From: Anaerolineales bacterium
GTDB lineage: Bacteria > Chloroflexota > Anaerolineae > Anaerolineales > DRMV01
Length of the DNA stretch: 64,000 bases
NCBI GenBank assembly: GCA_027023425.1
Contig: JALVVL010000017.1
Location: 12,942 to 76,941 of the forward strand
Direction of reading: 5' to 3'
The position numbers and the translations under genes are program-made. This document shows, piece by piece, positions 17,823-27,675 of the stretch (the stretch's first letter is position 1; each line of letters begins with the position of its first letter). Below the pieces are notes generated by a model. It saw only the letters and a program-made list of their open reading frames with translations, was not told the DNA's origin and ran no database searches.

Positions 17823-20800
17823 TCAACGGCCAAGCACAGTAAAAGCCGCGCCATCGGTGTTGCCGCGCACATCGGGGAAAAACGAATCCCACACCACAGC
17901 AGGGCGCGCCTTGAAAGTGCCCGGCGTGGCGGCGCGAGCGTAGTAAACCACCGTGTAAGTACCAGCGGGTAAGTGCATGGCATGAAATAGCACGTGGTCG
18001 TAGTAAACCTCGCGGTGCCCAAAGAACCAACCACCCCACCCGCAGCAACGGAATTTATCAAGCGAGTAATCTTCCTCATCAGGCAAGTACTCGGGGCGTT
18101 TCCCTGAAAGGGGCTCCAAACCAGCGGGCAGGTAATCCGTCAGCACCACGTTGTCCTCGGAATGAGGCACAACTACCGTGAGCCGAACTTGAACCAAATC
18201 ACCAACCTTGGCGGAAGTGACCGGATTATCAAGATCTGAGACAAGGTAATACGCCCTATCTACGCTGAAACCGGCGTAATGCGCCCTGGCTTCATCTGCC
18301 GGAAGGGTGAGTTCCAAATAAGCGGTGTAATAAAGCACCCCATCTCCCTTGCCGCGCTGAATGTCCAGGGTGGTCAACTTGCCCGCGGGCACACGCTTCT
18401 CATCCCAAGTGAGCACTTTGGGGGTCAAAAGGTCAGCCTGCGCCATGTGACCGCTCGTTGCCGGCTTGCCGCCAAGGAAAACGGCATAATCGTAGTTAGC
18501 CACCCCTTCGTGCGAAAAAGCCGCCCAATCGCTCAAGGTGCGCAAAATCGTTGAATCGCTCAAATCCGAGAGCCTCGGCGAGGAATTGTAGCGCCCGGCC
18601 AGCCACCGCACGGCATTCTGGAGGAACGGAGCGCGCGGGTCGGCCTTCAGCAAAGCATCCACCGCAAGCGCAGTGGCAGTAAGCGGTGAACTCCATCGCG
18701 ACCACCACGCGGCCTCGCCCTTATCCCAGTGAGCGGCAGAGGCGGAAACCGTAACGCTGTTCTCAAGCCGAGCGACTATTGGTTTGGTGAAGTCGGCGCC
18801 CATTTTGGCATTTTCGGCAGCGCGCAAAAGCATAGCCCAATCAGCCGTGTTTACCCTATCCGGCGGGGAATTCTTCATCTTCTTAGCAAGTTCGTAAACG
18901 AACGCCGAAACCGGCCTGCCGGAGCGCGCTAACACGTCTACAATGTAAACCTGGTCATCAAGGCTCAGGTACTTCCTTTGTTGAGGACGCACCAAAACCC
19001 TGCTCAGGTATTCGGCGGGTTGGGTAATTTGCGCCGAATCTACCGGAAAGCCAGCCGCTCGGGCTGCCTGAAGCGCATCAAGCGCATAGGCCGTCGGCAT
19101 AACCTCCGACTGGTCATCATCTACGCACCAACCCCAAGTCCCATCCGAGCGGCGGTAGTTCAGCAACGCCTGAAGGCGCTTCAGAGCATCGTCCTTCACC
19201 GGATCGTTTTTGGCGGCCTGCAAATTCAAAGAGGAACGCATCCGCAGAATAGCGACGTCTTTCAACAAGGCAAAAGCATTATAGGGAATGCACTCGGTTG
19301 GCTCTTCCGGCTTGACGCTAAGTTTGGAAGCCACGCTCGCTATCAACGACGCGGCCAAATTTACCCGCAAAGTGTAATGCTCGCCAGTGGGCGGTTGGAC
19401 GTACTCGCGCGCCGCCCCAACTTTTGGCAAAACTCCCGCAAGCCCGACCGTCTCCACAGTCTTGTAGGCAAAAACAGGTATTCCGCCATCGGGCAAAAGC
19501 GTGAGAACCGGTCGCGAAGCGTCGCGATAGCCATTAGCAACCGCTTGCACCTCCAAGTCCACGCGACGCGACGCAAGCGGCACTTCCACCTGCCAAGAAA
19601 CAACGGCTTGGCCTTTCGGCGGGACTTCCACTTTTTGCGAAAGCGGACTTTTCACCGACAAGCCCTTGGCCTTGCTTAGCGTCACCTCGGCGTTGAGCGG
19701 TTTGTCGGTGGAATTGTGCAACACAGCGCTCAAAGTAGCCTCATCGCCTGCAGTGAAAAACGCCGGGGTATGCAAGCGCACAAAGAACGGAAGCGCAACC
19801 TTCAACTCGGAAATCGCCGAGCCCACGCGGCTATCGGCGGTTATGGCGCGAGCGTGCATTACCCAAGTGGTCATGTTGTCGGGCAAAGTAATGCTAACCT
19901 CGGCCTCGCCTTGCTCATTGGTGCGGAGGTCGGCTTTCCAATAGGCCGTGTCGCGGAAAAGTTCACGCACTGTGATCACGCCGCCTTGGTCGGCGCCTTT
20001 GCCGCCGCCCCCCATACCCGACCCAGTGGGCAAAATGCGCATCGCCTTTAGGTTGTAACTCAGTTCATCTTGAGAAAGCGAAACGGTTGTAACCACCCGC
20101 AAAGCCCGCTCGGAGTACATTTTCTCCAACAAATTGTAGTTGTCGGGTGCAAGGGCGAGCAAGGCTTTATCAACCAATGCAAGCGAAACCTCGGCCGAAA
20201 CCGGCTTACCGGCATAGTCGGTAGTGCGCACTTTGAACTTGACCGTTTCACCCGGGGCGGCTTTCGGCTTTTCGGGCGTCACGGTCACATTCAAACGCTG
20301 GGCTTCCAGAGCAACCGGCAAGCGCAAAACGCCAAGGCGGTAATCGGGCGGCCTCTTGGCATCCCCACCGCTCACCTCAACCACCGAAACATAGGCAACC
20401 GGCGCCATCCACGGCTTTACTGGGAGGTCTACCGTGGTGCTCGGCGAATCAATTTTCAGCAAGCGGTAGGAGTAAATTTTGCCCCGCTCTTCCGTCATCA
20501 AAGCGTAAACGGGCGCGGAGAAGGGGCGCGTGACGACAATATGCGCCACGTCGCCGGGGCGGTAAGAGGCGCGGTCGGGAATCAGTGGCAAAGTTTTGGC
20601 TTCACTCTCACCCCACATCAGTGCCTCGTCGGCGCTCAACACCCAAACGCGCATAACGGCTTTGCGCTCGCGGCCGCTGTCATCGGCGGCGGTGGCAACA
20701 ATGCGGTATGTGCCCGCGTGGTCCGGGGTAAAACTTGCCTCGCCGCGGCCATCGGCGTTTGTGGTGAAATCGCCGAGGTCGGCAACCGGCACAACTTCCA

Positions 20801-23800
20801 GCGAATTTTCCCAGCGCAAAACACCAGAAGCATCCAGCCGCTGGACGCTGTGCCATTTTTCTTCAAACACGTCAAGATGCAGGGCGTGGTCGGCGAGCGG
20901 CTCTCCTTGCGGATTGAGCAACACAAAATCTATCCCAAGAGGTTGGTTGACAATACCAAGCCATGAATTGAGTTTCAGGCCGGGGTAAACATTGCTCACG
21001 CGAGAGACTAAAACCGTGTGTCCGTCAGCAGAGTTGCCGCCGCGGTCGGTAACGGTCGCCCAAACCGAAATCTGCTCGTCGCCGTTCTTGAGTTCCTGTG
21101 GGGCGCTCACCGAAAAGGTGAATTTGCCTTGCGCGTCCGTCTTGCCGGTGCCGTTTTGCGATGGGGCGCTGGCGGTGTGTCGCTCGGGCTCCCAATACCA
21201 CAGCCACGGCACGTCCGGCTCGGCGGAGAAAGTGTAGGCGCGGTAGGCGCGCGGCGGCGAGAAATAGAACGGCAGCGTAATCGCTTTCCACGACACATCG
21301 GCATCGGCAACGGCATCTCCGGCGTAGTAGGAAGCCTGCAACGAAACCTCACTTTTCTGTCCCGGCGCCACATCAGCCGGGTTGGGCATCAGCCTAACTT
21401 CAAAAACCGGCTTGTGGTAATTTGCAACGCGGATGAAGCGCGAGCCAAGCCTGGGCACATATTCGCTTTTGGCAGATTTTTGCTCAGGCAACACGTTCAG
21501 GTAATAACCACCCACCGGCGCAGAATCGGAAAGCAAAAAACTGCCATGAAATGTGCCGAGAGACGAAACGGAAACCGTCTGACGGTCTACAACCTTGCCC
21601 GCGTGGCTGAGCGAAACCACCACACGGGTATCGTGTGGAATGGTGTAGTGCAAATCGGCATCTTGACGCAAAATGCCCTTGAAGAAAATTTGCTGGCCCG
21701 GGCGGTACAGGGGGCGGTCGGTGTAGATGAAAGCCACTTTGGAGGAAGGGTTGGCGCCGCGAACATCCCAAAAAGAAATGCTACCGGGCGCTTGGTTGCG
21801 TGTCCAAGCGGCGCTGGCAATGGCAAAATGCTTCGCATCATGCACGAGAGCAAACAAAGGAGCGGACTCCAAGCCGTCAACCAAGGCCACGCCATCACCG
21901 TTGGTAACGGCTGAGCCACTCAACACCACCACCCTGCCTTCATCTTCGGTATCTTTGAGGGTATAAAAATTGACCTTCAGCCCCCCGACCGGCGCGCCAT
22001 CGCTCAGTCCCGTAGCCCAAGCGAGGGCGTTGGCCGGCGAAGCCTTGAAAGTCAAACTTTCGGTGGAAACGGCAATCTGGTAGTAATCAGTAGGCGAGGA
22101 ATACGCTCGCGCTGGCGACTGGGTTACTCCTAAGCAATAAGCCCCCGGCGCCAGCGAGTGACCAACCACTTTCGCAAGGTCAACCGTGAGGTAATGGAAG
22201 CGGCTATCCTTCTTGTCACTTAGGTCAACCCGCATTGAACCAAGCAATTTGGCATTAGGGTTATATTCAGGGTGGCAGACCTCCCAGTCCGCCAAATTGC
22301 TGAGCAAAGCCTGATCATCAAGCGAATACAGAGTGAAGGTGACAGAATCCAAGTTCGCATACCGCAAGTAGAAAATTTGCGGCTGGTCGGCGTGGAAAAT
22401 GCTCAACTGCCCAAGCAACAACGCATCGGCGCTCGGCTCAAGCGGGGCAGTCCTGAAAGTGAAGGTGATCGGAGCATCGGTTTGGTTTCCGTAAACATCG
22501 GCAATGCCGGGCGCAAAGGTCACGGTGTACTCAGTTGCGGGGTCAAAAATTCCTAAATGAACTTCGCGGCCATAAACCTCGTAAGAAATGCCATGCGTAG
22601 GCTCTGGCTGAACGGTTATGTGACCTTCAAGGCTCTTTTCGTCAATGAAAGTGTTAAATTCCACAAAAACCCAGGGCGAATAAACGTCCGAGGCGGTACT
22701 CGGCGTATCTTCAATCCACGGCTTGCCCACAGTGCGGAATTTGCCGTGCACCGGTTTTAGCAGGGCGCTGCCATCAGCCGCGCGGGCATCGGCGTTGACG
22801 CTGACCGTGTAGGTAGTAGCAAGGTCATAAAATTCGTCGGGCTTCAGAGTAAGAATGCTGTGGCTTGAATCCCATTCAGGCGTAAAGTGGGGCACATTTC
22901 CCCCATTAGGGGCCGTCACAACCACCGCCTTGTAGGCATCAGGATTCATTGGAGCGGAGAAGTAAATTTTTATCGGGGCTTTCAACGGGACATAGCGCGC
23001 CAAACCTCTGAGAATATCATCTCCCGAAACGTCAATTATGTTTACCACAACGCTTTCTGTATGAAAGCGCCAAGAAAAACCTTTAGGGAGCACATCCCCT
23101 TCAACCGTGCGCACCCCAGCAGGCAGGGAAACGAGGTAATCCGAGTTGCTCTTGAGGTGATGAGAAGGATGAAAGACGTAAACCGCGCTGCTAACCCAGC
23201 GGCCGCTTCCTTCAACGCTCGGAGTAATGCGAAGGGGCAACGGCGCCGTCGCCTTGTTCTGGGTCAAAGGCACCACCGGCTTGTTGAATACAATTGTGAT
23301 GTCGGCATTCACCGGCACGTTATCGCTGCCGTCAAGCGGGTAAGCCGCATTGACAGCAAAAGCCCGCGCGGTGACGTAGGTGAGGCTAAGGGGAGAAGCC
23401 AGCGAACCACCGTTTTTTGAACGCAAAGCGGTGGTAAATTCCGCGCGGTACTTAGCGCCATTTGGCTTTAGAGGCGTAGCAGGGGTAAAAACAAAAGTCA
23501 AATCATCGCGCCAACTCACCTTGCCCGGCACCGCTTGCCCTTTGGAATCGACAAAACGCCAAGCGGACTGCAGGCTTGCCCTGTCCAACGGCTGGTTGAA
23601 GGTGAAAGCAAGGGTTGGGCGGATGGGCAGAGCCGCAGCAGGCGCGGGTTCCGCGCGCACCAGCGCGAGCCCGCCTGCTTGGGGGGCAATTCGCGTGAAT
23701 GCAGGCATAGCAGTCGCTGTGGCGTGGGCTGCTGTCGGAGAAAGCACGCCGTTAACCGTTTTCCCCAACGATAGAGCGCAAGCAGTTAACGCAAGAGCAA

Positions 23801-23837
23801 AGAAAAAAATGAACAACCCTAAAAAAGACTTTCTCAT
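17823..23837 (-). CDS. alpha-2-macroglobulin family lipoprotein (thioester-less)
   Basis: Signal peptide with lipobox LALTAC, starting from ATG 23837 (gggagg RBS). N-terminal Ig-like modules and long MG-domain-like repeats. A TED-like region follows (LLNYRRSDGTWGWC, alpha/alpha-toroid type). The thioester position reads CIPY (19281-19292) rather than CxEQ. Confidence 0.85.
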   Translation of the reverse strand: MRKSFLGLFIFFFALALTACALSLGKTVNGVLSPTAAHATATAMPAFTRIAPQAGGLALVRAEPAPAAALPIRPTLAFTFNQPLDRASLQSAWRFVDSKGQAVPGKVSWRDDLTFVFTPATPLKPNGAKYRAEFTTALRSKNGGSLASPLSLTYVTARAFAVNAAYPLDGSDNVPVNADITIVFNKPVVPLTQNKATAPLPLRITPSVEGSGRWVSSAVYVFHPSHHLKSNSDYLVSLPAGVRTVEGDVLPKGFSWRFHTESVVVNIIDVSGDDILRGLARYVPLKAPIKIYFSAPMNPDAYKAVVVTAPNGGNVPHFTPEWDSSHSILTLKPDEFYDLATTYTVSVNADARAADGSALLKPVHGKFRTVGKPWIEDTPSTASDVYSPWVFVEFNTFIDEKSLEGHITVQPEPTHGISYEVYGREVHLGIFDPATEYTVTFAPGIADVYGNQTDAPITFTFRTAPLEPSADALLLGQLSIFHADQPQIFYLRYANLDSVTFTLYSLDDQALLSNLADWEVCHPEYNPNAKLLGSMRVDLSDKKDSRFHYLTVDLAKVVGHSLAPGAYCLGVTQSPARAYSSPTDYYQIAVSTESLTFKASPANALAWATGLSDGAPVGGLKVNFYTLKDTEDEGRVVVLSGSAVTNGDGVALVDGLESAPLFALVHDAKHFAIASAAWTRNQAPGSISFWDVRGANPSSKVAFIYTDRPLYRPGQQIFFKGILRQDADLHYTIPHDTRVVVSLSHAGKVVDRQTVSVSSLGTFHGSFLLSDSAPVGGYYLNVLPEQKSAKSEYVPRLGSRFIRVANYHKPVFEVRLMPNPADVAPGQKSEVSLQASYYAGDAVADADVSWKAITLPFYFSPPRAYRAYTFSAEPDVPWLWYWEPERHTASAPSQNGTGKTDAQGKFTFSVSAPQELKNGDEQISVWATVTDRGGNSADGHTVLVSRVSNVYPGLKLNSWLGIVNQPLGIDFVLLNPQGEPLADHALHLDVFEEKWHSVQRLDASGVLRWENSLEVVPVADLGDFTTNADGRGEASFTPDHAGTYRIVATAADDSGRERKAVMRVWVLSADEALMWGESEAKTLPLIPDRASYRPGDVAHIVVTRPFSAPVYALMTEERGKIYSYRLLKIDSPSTTVDLPVKPWMAPVAYVSVVEVSGGDAKRPPDYRLGVLRLPVALEAQRLNVTVTPEKPKAAPGETVKFKVRTTDYAGKPVSAEVSLALVDKALLALAPDNYNLLEKMYSERALRVVTTVSLSQDELSYNLKAMRILPTGSGMGGGGKGADQGGVITVRELFRDTAYWKADLRTNEQGEAEVSITLPDNMTTWVMHARAITADSRVGSAISELKVALPFFVRLHTPAFFTAGDEATLSAVLHNSTDKPLNAEVTLSKAKGLSVKSPLSQKVEVPPKGQAVVSWQVEVPLASRRVDLEVQAVANGYRDASRPVLTLLPDGGIPVFAYKTVETVGLAGVLPKVGAAREYVQPPTGEHYTLRVNLAASLIASVASKLSVKPEEPTECIPYNAFALLKDVAILRMRSSLNLQAAKNDPVKDDALKRLQALLNYRRSDGTWGWCVDDDQSEVMPTAYALDALQAARAAGFPVDSAQITQPAEYLSRVLVRPQQRKYLSLDDQVYIVDVLARSGRPVSAFVYELAKKMKNSPPDRVNTADWAMLLRAAENAKMGADFTKPIVARLENSVTVSASAAHWDKGEAAWWSRWSSPLTATALAVDALLKADPRAPFLQNAVRWLAGRYNSSPRLSDLSDSTILRTLSDWAAFSHEGVANYDYAVFLGGKPATSGHMAQADLLTPKVLTWDEKRVPAGKLTTLDIQRGKGDGVLYYTAYLELTLPADEARAHYAGFSVDRAYYLVSDLDNPVTSAKVGDLVQVRLTVVVPHSEDNVVLTDYLPAGLEPLSGKRPEYLPDEEDYSLDKFRCCGWGGWFFGHREVYYDHVLFHAMHLPAGTYTVVYYARAATPGTFKARPAVVWDSFFPDVRGNTDGAAFTVLGR

Positions 23838-23946
23838 CTTGGCCTCCCAGAGACATTGCAAAGTGAACAAACGTCACTTTGCCACAAAGCGTAAATAAAC
23901 ACAAAGATATCGCTAACGATATTGTACTCCAAATTCCAACCTGCAG

Positions 23947-23952
23947 TATAAT
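23947..23952 (+). promoter_or_regulatory. TATAAT box 6 nt upstream of the kinase ATG (possible leaderless transcript)
   Basis: Sequence gcagTATAATcaacccATG. There is no SD sequence and only a weak -35 (ttgtac, 19-nt spacer). Confidence 0.3.
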
Positions 23953-23958
23953 CAACCC

Positions 23959-25329
23959 ATGTTAAAGCAGCTAACCACCCTGTTTGCTCATACACCTCCC
24001 TTTGCAGTGCTGTTGATAGGAATAGCGATAGGTATTTTTGCGTCCATCCCCGTTGGCATTGGAATACACAAGTATTCTTGCGAGAAAATTATATCCGAAC
24101 TCAAACAGCGGCTTCACAAAAGAATAAGCGCCCGAGTAAAAAAGCGGATTGATGCCCTATACGAACTCACTTACGAACTCGCCACGACGCTGAATTACCG
24201 CCGCGTGCTGGATATGATTCTGGACGTAGCCCTCCAAACATTAGAAGAGGGGGGTGAGAAGATCGTGGGGGCTGTACTCTTATTTGACGAAAACGATTCG
24301 CTTGGAATAGCCACGTCGCGACACCTTCCCCCCTCAGACAAGAAAAAACGATTTGAAGGCAAAAAAGGCGCACTCTCAATAGCCATCACAACCCAAGAAG
24401 CAGTCAGTCTCTTCAACCCATCTCAAGATCCTGAGTTAAAAACCCTAATCGCACTTCAAGAAGCCCAATCTGCTTACCTCCTTCCGTTGGTAGTGGGGTT
24501 AGAAATTTATGGCGTCGTGATATTCGCCGCAAAGGCGCCGGACTTCTTCACCGACGAAAGAGTGGAAATGCTTGGGGTGCTGAGCAAGCAAGCGGCGATA
24601 GCACTACAAAACGCGCGGTTATACGAAACCCTGCAGCGCGAAAAACAACGCCTTGCCGAGAGCGAAGCAGAAGCACGCAAAAAACTTGCTCGCGACCTCC
24701 ACGACGGGCCAACTCAGACCATCGCCGCCATTGCCATGCGCGCGAGTTATGTTTTGCGCTTGATAGACAAAGACCCACAAACGGCCAAAGAAGAAATTGC
24801 CCAAATTGAGCAACTCGCCCGCCAAACCGCAAAAGAAATTCGCCACTTGCTGTTTACATTGAGGCCGCTAATTTTAGAAACCCAAGGCCTACCAGCCGCC
24901 TTGCAAACAATGGCGGCAAAGATGAAAGAGGTCTATGGGCAAAACGTGCTTGTTGAAGTAGACCCAAGAGCAATTGAGTTGATGGACCTCAATCGGCAAA
25001 CCATCGCCTTCTACGTGGCAGAGGAAGCCGTGAACAACGCCCGTAAACACGCCAAAGCCTCACACATCTGGGTGCGGATGCGGCTTGTGCGAGAGGATAT
25101 AGCGCTGTTAGAAGTTCAAGACGATGGCAAAGGGTTTGACGTAAGTGAGGTAGGCTCAAATTACGAACAACGCGGCAGTTTTGGCATGGTGAACATGCGC
25201 GAGCGGGCGGCAATGGTAAGCGGGCACTTAGAAATTCATTCCGAACCTGAAAACGGCACTATCATTCGGCTGTGGATTCCGCTAACCGAGGACGCGGCTC
25301 AGCGCCTCCAAGCAGGAAAGTTGGGGTGA
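23959..25329 (+). CDS. sensor histidine kinase (TM + GAF + HisKA_3 + HATPase_c)
   Basis: N-terminal TM and a GAF-like region. H-box DLHDGPTQ (NarL-type HisKA_3). N box EEAVNNARKHA and G boxes DDGKGF and GSFGMVNMRERA. Confidence 0.85.
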   Translation: MLKQLTTLFAHTPPFAVLLIGIAIGIFASIPVGIGIHKYSCEKIISELKQRLHKRISARVKKRIDALYELTYELATTLNYRRVLDMILDVALQTLEEGGEKIVGAVLLFDENDSLGIATSRHLPPSDKKKRFEGKKGALSIAITTQEAVSLFNPSQDPELKTLIALQEAQSAYLLPLVVGLEIYGVVIFAAKAPDFFTDERVEMLGVLSKQAAIALQNARLYETLQREKQRLAESEAEARKKLARDLHDGPTQTIAAIAMRASYVLRLIDKDPQTAKEEIAQIEQLARQTAKEIRHLLFTLRPLILETQGLPAALQTMAAKMKEVYGQNVLVEVDPRAIELMDLNRQTIAFYVAEEAVNNARKHAKASHIWVRMRLVREDIALLEVQDDGKGFDVSEVGSNYEQRGSFGMVNMRERAAMVSGHLEIHSEPENGTIIRLWIPLTEDAAQRLQAGKLG

Positions 25330-25331
25330 AA

Positions 25332-26114
25332 ATGCCCACTGCCGACGGAATTTACTACTTCGTTTCGGATTTGCGCCAAACGCCGCAAAGCGCGCCCATT
25401 CCCATGGTGTTGGTGCATGGAGCGGGCGGCAACCACCTCTACTGGCCCGCGCACGTCCGCCGCTTGCCCGATTTGCGCGTGCTGGCGGTAGATTTGCCCG
25501 CGCACGGCCAATCCTCAGGCATTGCCGAGCAGGAAATTTCGGCTTACGCCCGCCACTTGGCAGAATGGGCAAAATCAATCGGCATTGAGCGCGCAATTTG
25601 GGTTGGGCACAGCATGGGCGGGGCAATTGCACTCACGTTGGCGTTGGAATATCCAAAAATGACGGCGGCGCTCGGCTTGGTGGCAACGGCGGCGCGCCTG
25701 CCGGTTTCCCCTTATTTGCTGGATGCCACCGCGCACGAGGCTACCATGCCCAGCGCAGCGGAAACGATTATGAAATGGGCTTTCAGCCCGCAAACCCCCG
25801 AAAATTTGCGCACCCAAGCCGCCAAGCGCATGTCCGAAGTGCGCTACTCGGTGCTACACAACGACTTTGTAGCGTGCAATTTGTTTGATGTGAGCGACAG
25901 GCTGGGGGAGATTGAAGCGCCCGCGCTGGTGCTCCACGGAAGCGCCGACAAAATGGTGCCGCTTCGCGAAGGCGAATTTTTGGCAAACAACATCCCCAAC
26001 GCGGAACTGCGCGTTTTCCCCAATGCAGGGCATATGCTAATGCTGGAAAAGCCGCGCGAGGTGAGCGAGGTCTTGCGTGAATTTGGGGTGAGGGTGCAAA
26101 GGGAAAGTTGTTAG
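25332..26114 (+). CDS. alpha/beta-fold hydrolase
   Basis: Oxyanion VLVHGAGG, nucleophile elbow GHSMGG, and C-terminal His in NAGHMLMLE. ATG 25332 is 2 nt after the kinase stop. Confidence 0.75.
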   Translation: MPTADGIYYFVSDLRQTPQSAPIPMVLVHGAGGNHLYWPAHVRRLPDLRVLAVDLPAHGQSSGIAEQEISAYARHLAEWAKSIGIERAIWVGHSMGGAIALTLALEYPKMTAALGLVATAARLPVSPYLLDATAHEATMPSAAETIMKWAFSPQTPENLRTQAAKRMSEVRYSVLHNDFVACNLFDVSDRLGEIEAPALVLHGSADKMVPLREGEFLANNIPNAELRVFPNAGHMLMLEKPREVSEVLREFGVRVQRESC

Positions 26115-26308
26115 GTGGTTGGGTCGTTAGGTCGTTAGGTCGTTAGGGCGTATCTGCGGTTGCAGTGCCGATCTGCGGAATCTGTGGCTTTTATCTCCCA
26201 ATTTGTACCGATCAACCGGCTCACCCGACACCGAAGCACTTGACACTGGAGCACCTGCCACTGGAACACTTGACACCGGAGCACCTGACACTTGGGCACT
26301 TGACACCC
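26113..26308. repeat. composite short-period repeats: (gtcgttagg)x3, (atctgYgg)x3, (cacYtgacac-like ~15-nt units)x5
   Basis: Fills the whole gap between two convergent stop codons. The same motif classes recur at 43573-43642, 47205-47245 and 53662-53715. Confidence 0.7.
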
Positions 26309-26310
26309 AA

Positions 26311-26919
26311 TCACTCTCCCACTTCCCACACAACCGCATTCCTCGGCAGGCGCGGCGGCGGCACTGGGCTTTCGGCAGGATAGCCGATGAAAAGCATCCC
26401 CTGAGGCTCCCACGAAGCGGGCAAAGCAAGGGCGGCGCGCGTTTCGGCTTGCGCGTACAACGGCCAGCACACCCACACACTGCCCAAGCCCTCGGCATGG
26501 GCGGCAAGCATCAACTGCAATGCGAAGGCGGCGACTGACTGAACGGCCATCGTATGCTCAGGCGGAGCGTCGCGGCGTACAACATCCACATCGCGGTTTA
26601 GCAAAAGCGCCACCGGGGCTTCGTCCATGCGGCGGATTGAGCGGGCGACGCGCGCCTCAATCGCCTCCTTGTCCGCTCCCTCAGCCGCCATATCGCGGCG
26701 CATCCGCTCCGTGAGGGCAAAGGCAAGTTTGCGCTTGACCTCGGGCTTGCGCAGGAGCACAATCCGCCACGGCTGGAGGTTGTGCGCCGACGGAGCGTAA
26801 ATGCCGGTATCCAAAATCCGCTCCAGCACCTCATCGGGCACAGGCCGCGGCTGAAACTCGCGCACACTACGCCGCGAGCGCAAAAATTCGTGAAGAGCCT
26901 GCGAGGGTAATTTCGTCAT
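26311..26919 (-). CDS. nitroreductase-family FMN protein (FbiB C-terminal-domain-like)
   Basis: 202 aa with N-terminal RRSVREF and APSAHNLQPW motifs. gggagg RBS. It lies in a cluster with cofE and an F420-dependent reductase. Confidence 0.7.
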   Translation of the reverse strand: MTKLPSQALHEFLRSRRSVREFQPRPVPDEVLERILDTGIYAPSAHNLQPWRIVLLRKPEVKRKLAFALTERMRRDMAAEGADKEAIEARVARSIRRMDEAPVALLLNRDVDVVRRDAPPEHTMAVQSVAAFALQLMLAAHAEGLGSVWVCWPLYAQAETRAALALPASWEPQGMLFIGYPAESPVPPPRLPRNAVVWEVGE

Positions 26920-26934
26920 TCGGCAATCCTCCCG

Positions 26935-27654
26935 CTAAGCCTCAGCATCCGGCGGGTAAACCTCAAAGAGCAAAGATTCATCTTTCGGCCCGCGGTAAAC
27001 GCAAAGCCCAACGCGGGGAGAGTTGACAAACGGCAAAAAGGCGTTGGGCTTTTCCCAAGCCGGATGTTGGCGGGCATGTTCATCGCAATACGCCTCTTGA
27101 GGCCATGCGTCGGTGTAGAGCCATTCCGCAGGTTTGCCGCAGACGCGACAAGGCTTGAAAGGCTTGTAATTGCGCGCCAACAGCCTCACCCCGCCAGCCG
27201 GCACATCCCCCGAATATGCCGCAAGCGGCGTGACGCGCAAGACACTCGGCCAAACCTCATCGTAGGAATATTGCACCGTTTCGCCAACCGTGAGCACATC
27301 CTCAAGCGGCACATCCATCGGTTGGACATGGGCGTATTCGTCCAACACCAATTCCACGGGGGAAGGGTTGGGACGGCGGCCGTAAACCGCTTCGCCTATC
27401 GTGAACTGGCTATAATGCCCACAGCAGTCCACCCAAATGTGGCGGAGGTACTCGTCCAAATCTGCCAAGGTCGCCGAGCGGGGAATTTCCAGCGCCAGCC
27501 AGTAGATTTCGGGGAAGTAGTCGTCCTCAACGAAGATTAGAAACAGCGGCTCATCGCCCTGCTCACGCCCGCGACAGCCGAGCAGATGGGCTTTCATTTC
27601 ATCTTTGGAGAGGGAAGCGCCGCAAACGAAGCATTTGCCCGTTGTTGCTTGCAT
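26935..27654 (-). CDS. hypothetical protein, pRiA4b ORF-3-like fold with terminal Cys/His clusters
   Basis: The pattern LFLIFVEDDYFPEIYWLALEIPRSATLADLDEYLRHIW...GH.SQF...YG ... VQYSYDEVW resembles the PF07929-type family (from memory). It also carries CFVCG...C and CRVCG...CDEH. Confidence 0.4.
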   Translation of the reverse strand: MQATTGKCFVCGASLSKDEMKAHLLGCRGREQGDEPLFLIFVEDDYFPEIYWLALEIPRSATLADLDEYLRHIWVDCCGHYSQFTIGEAVYGRRPNPSPVELVLDEYAHVQPMDVPLEDVLTVGETVQYSYDEVWPSVLRVTPLAAYSGDVPAGGVRLLARNYKPFKPCRVCGKPAEWLYTDAWPQEAYCDEHARQHPAWEKPNAFLPFVNSPRVGLCVYRGPKDESLLFEVYPPDAEA

Positions 27655-27675
27655 AGTTCACCTCAGAGAGCGCGT

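Noticed and set aside
26935-27654. pRiA4b-ORF3-like gene considered as evidence of an IS or plasmid insertion
   Set aside because: No transposase or inverted repeats flank it. It is translationally well embedded (RBS, 15-21-nt spacings) in the F420 operon.
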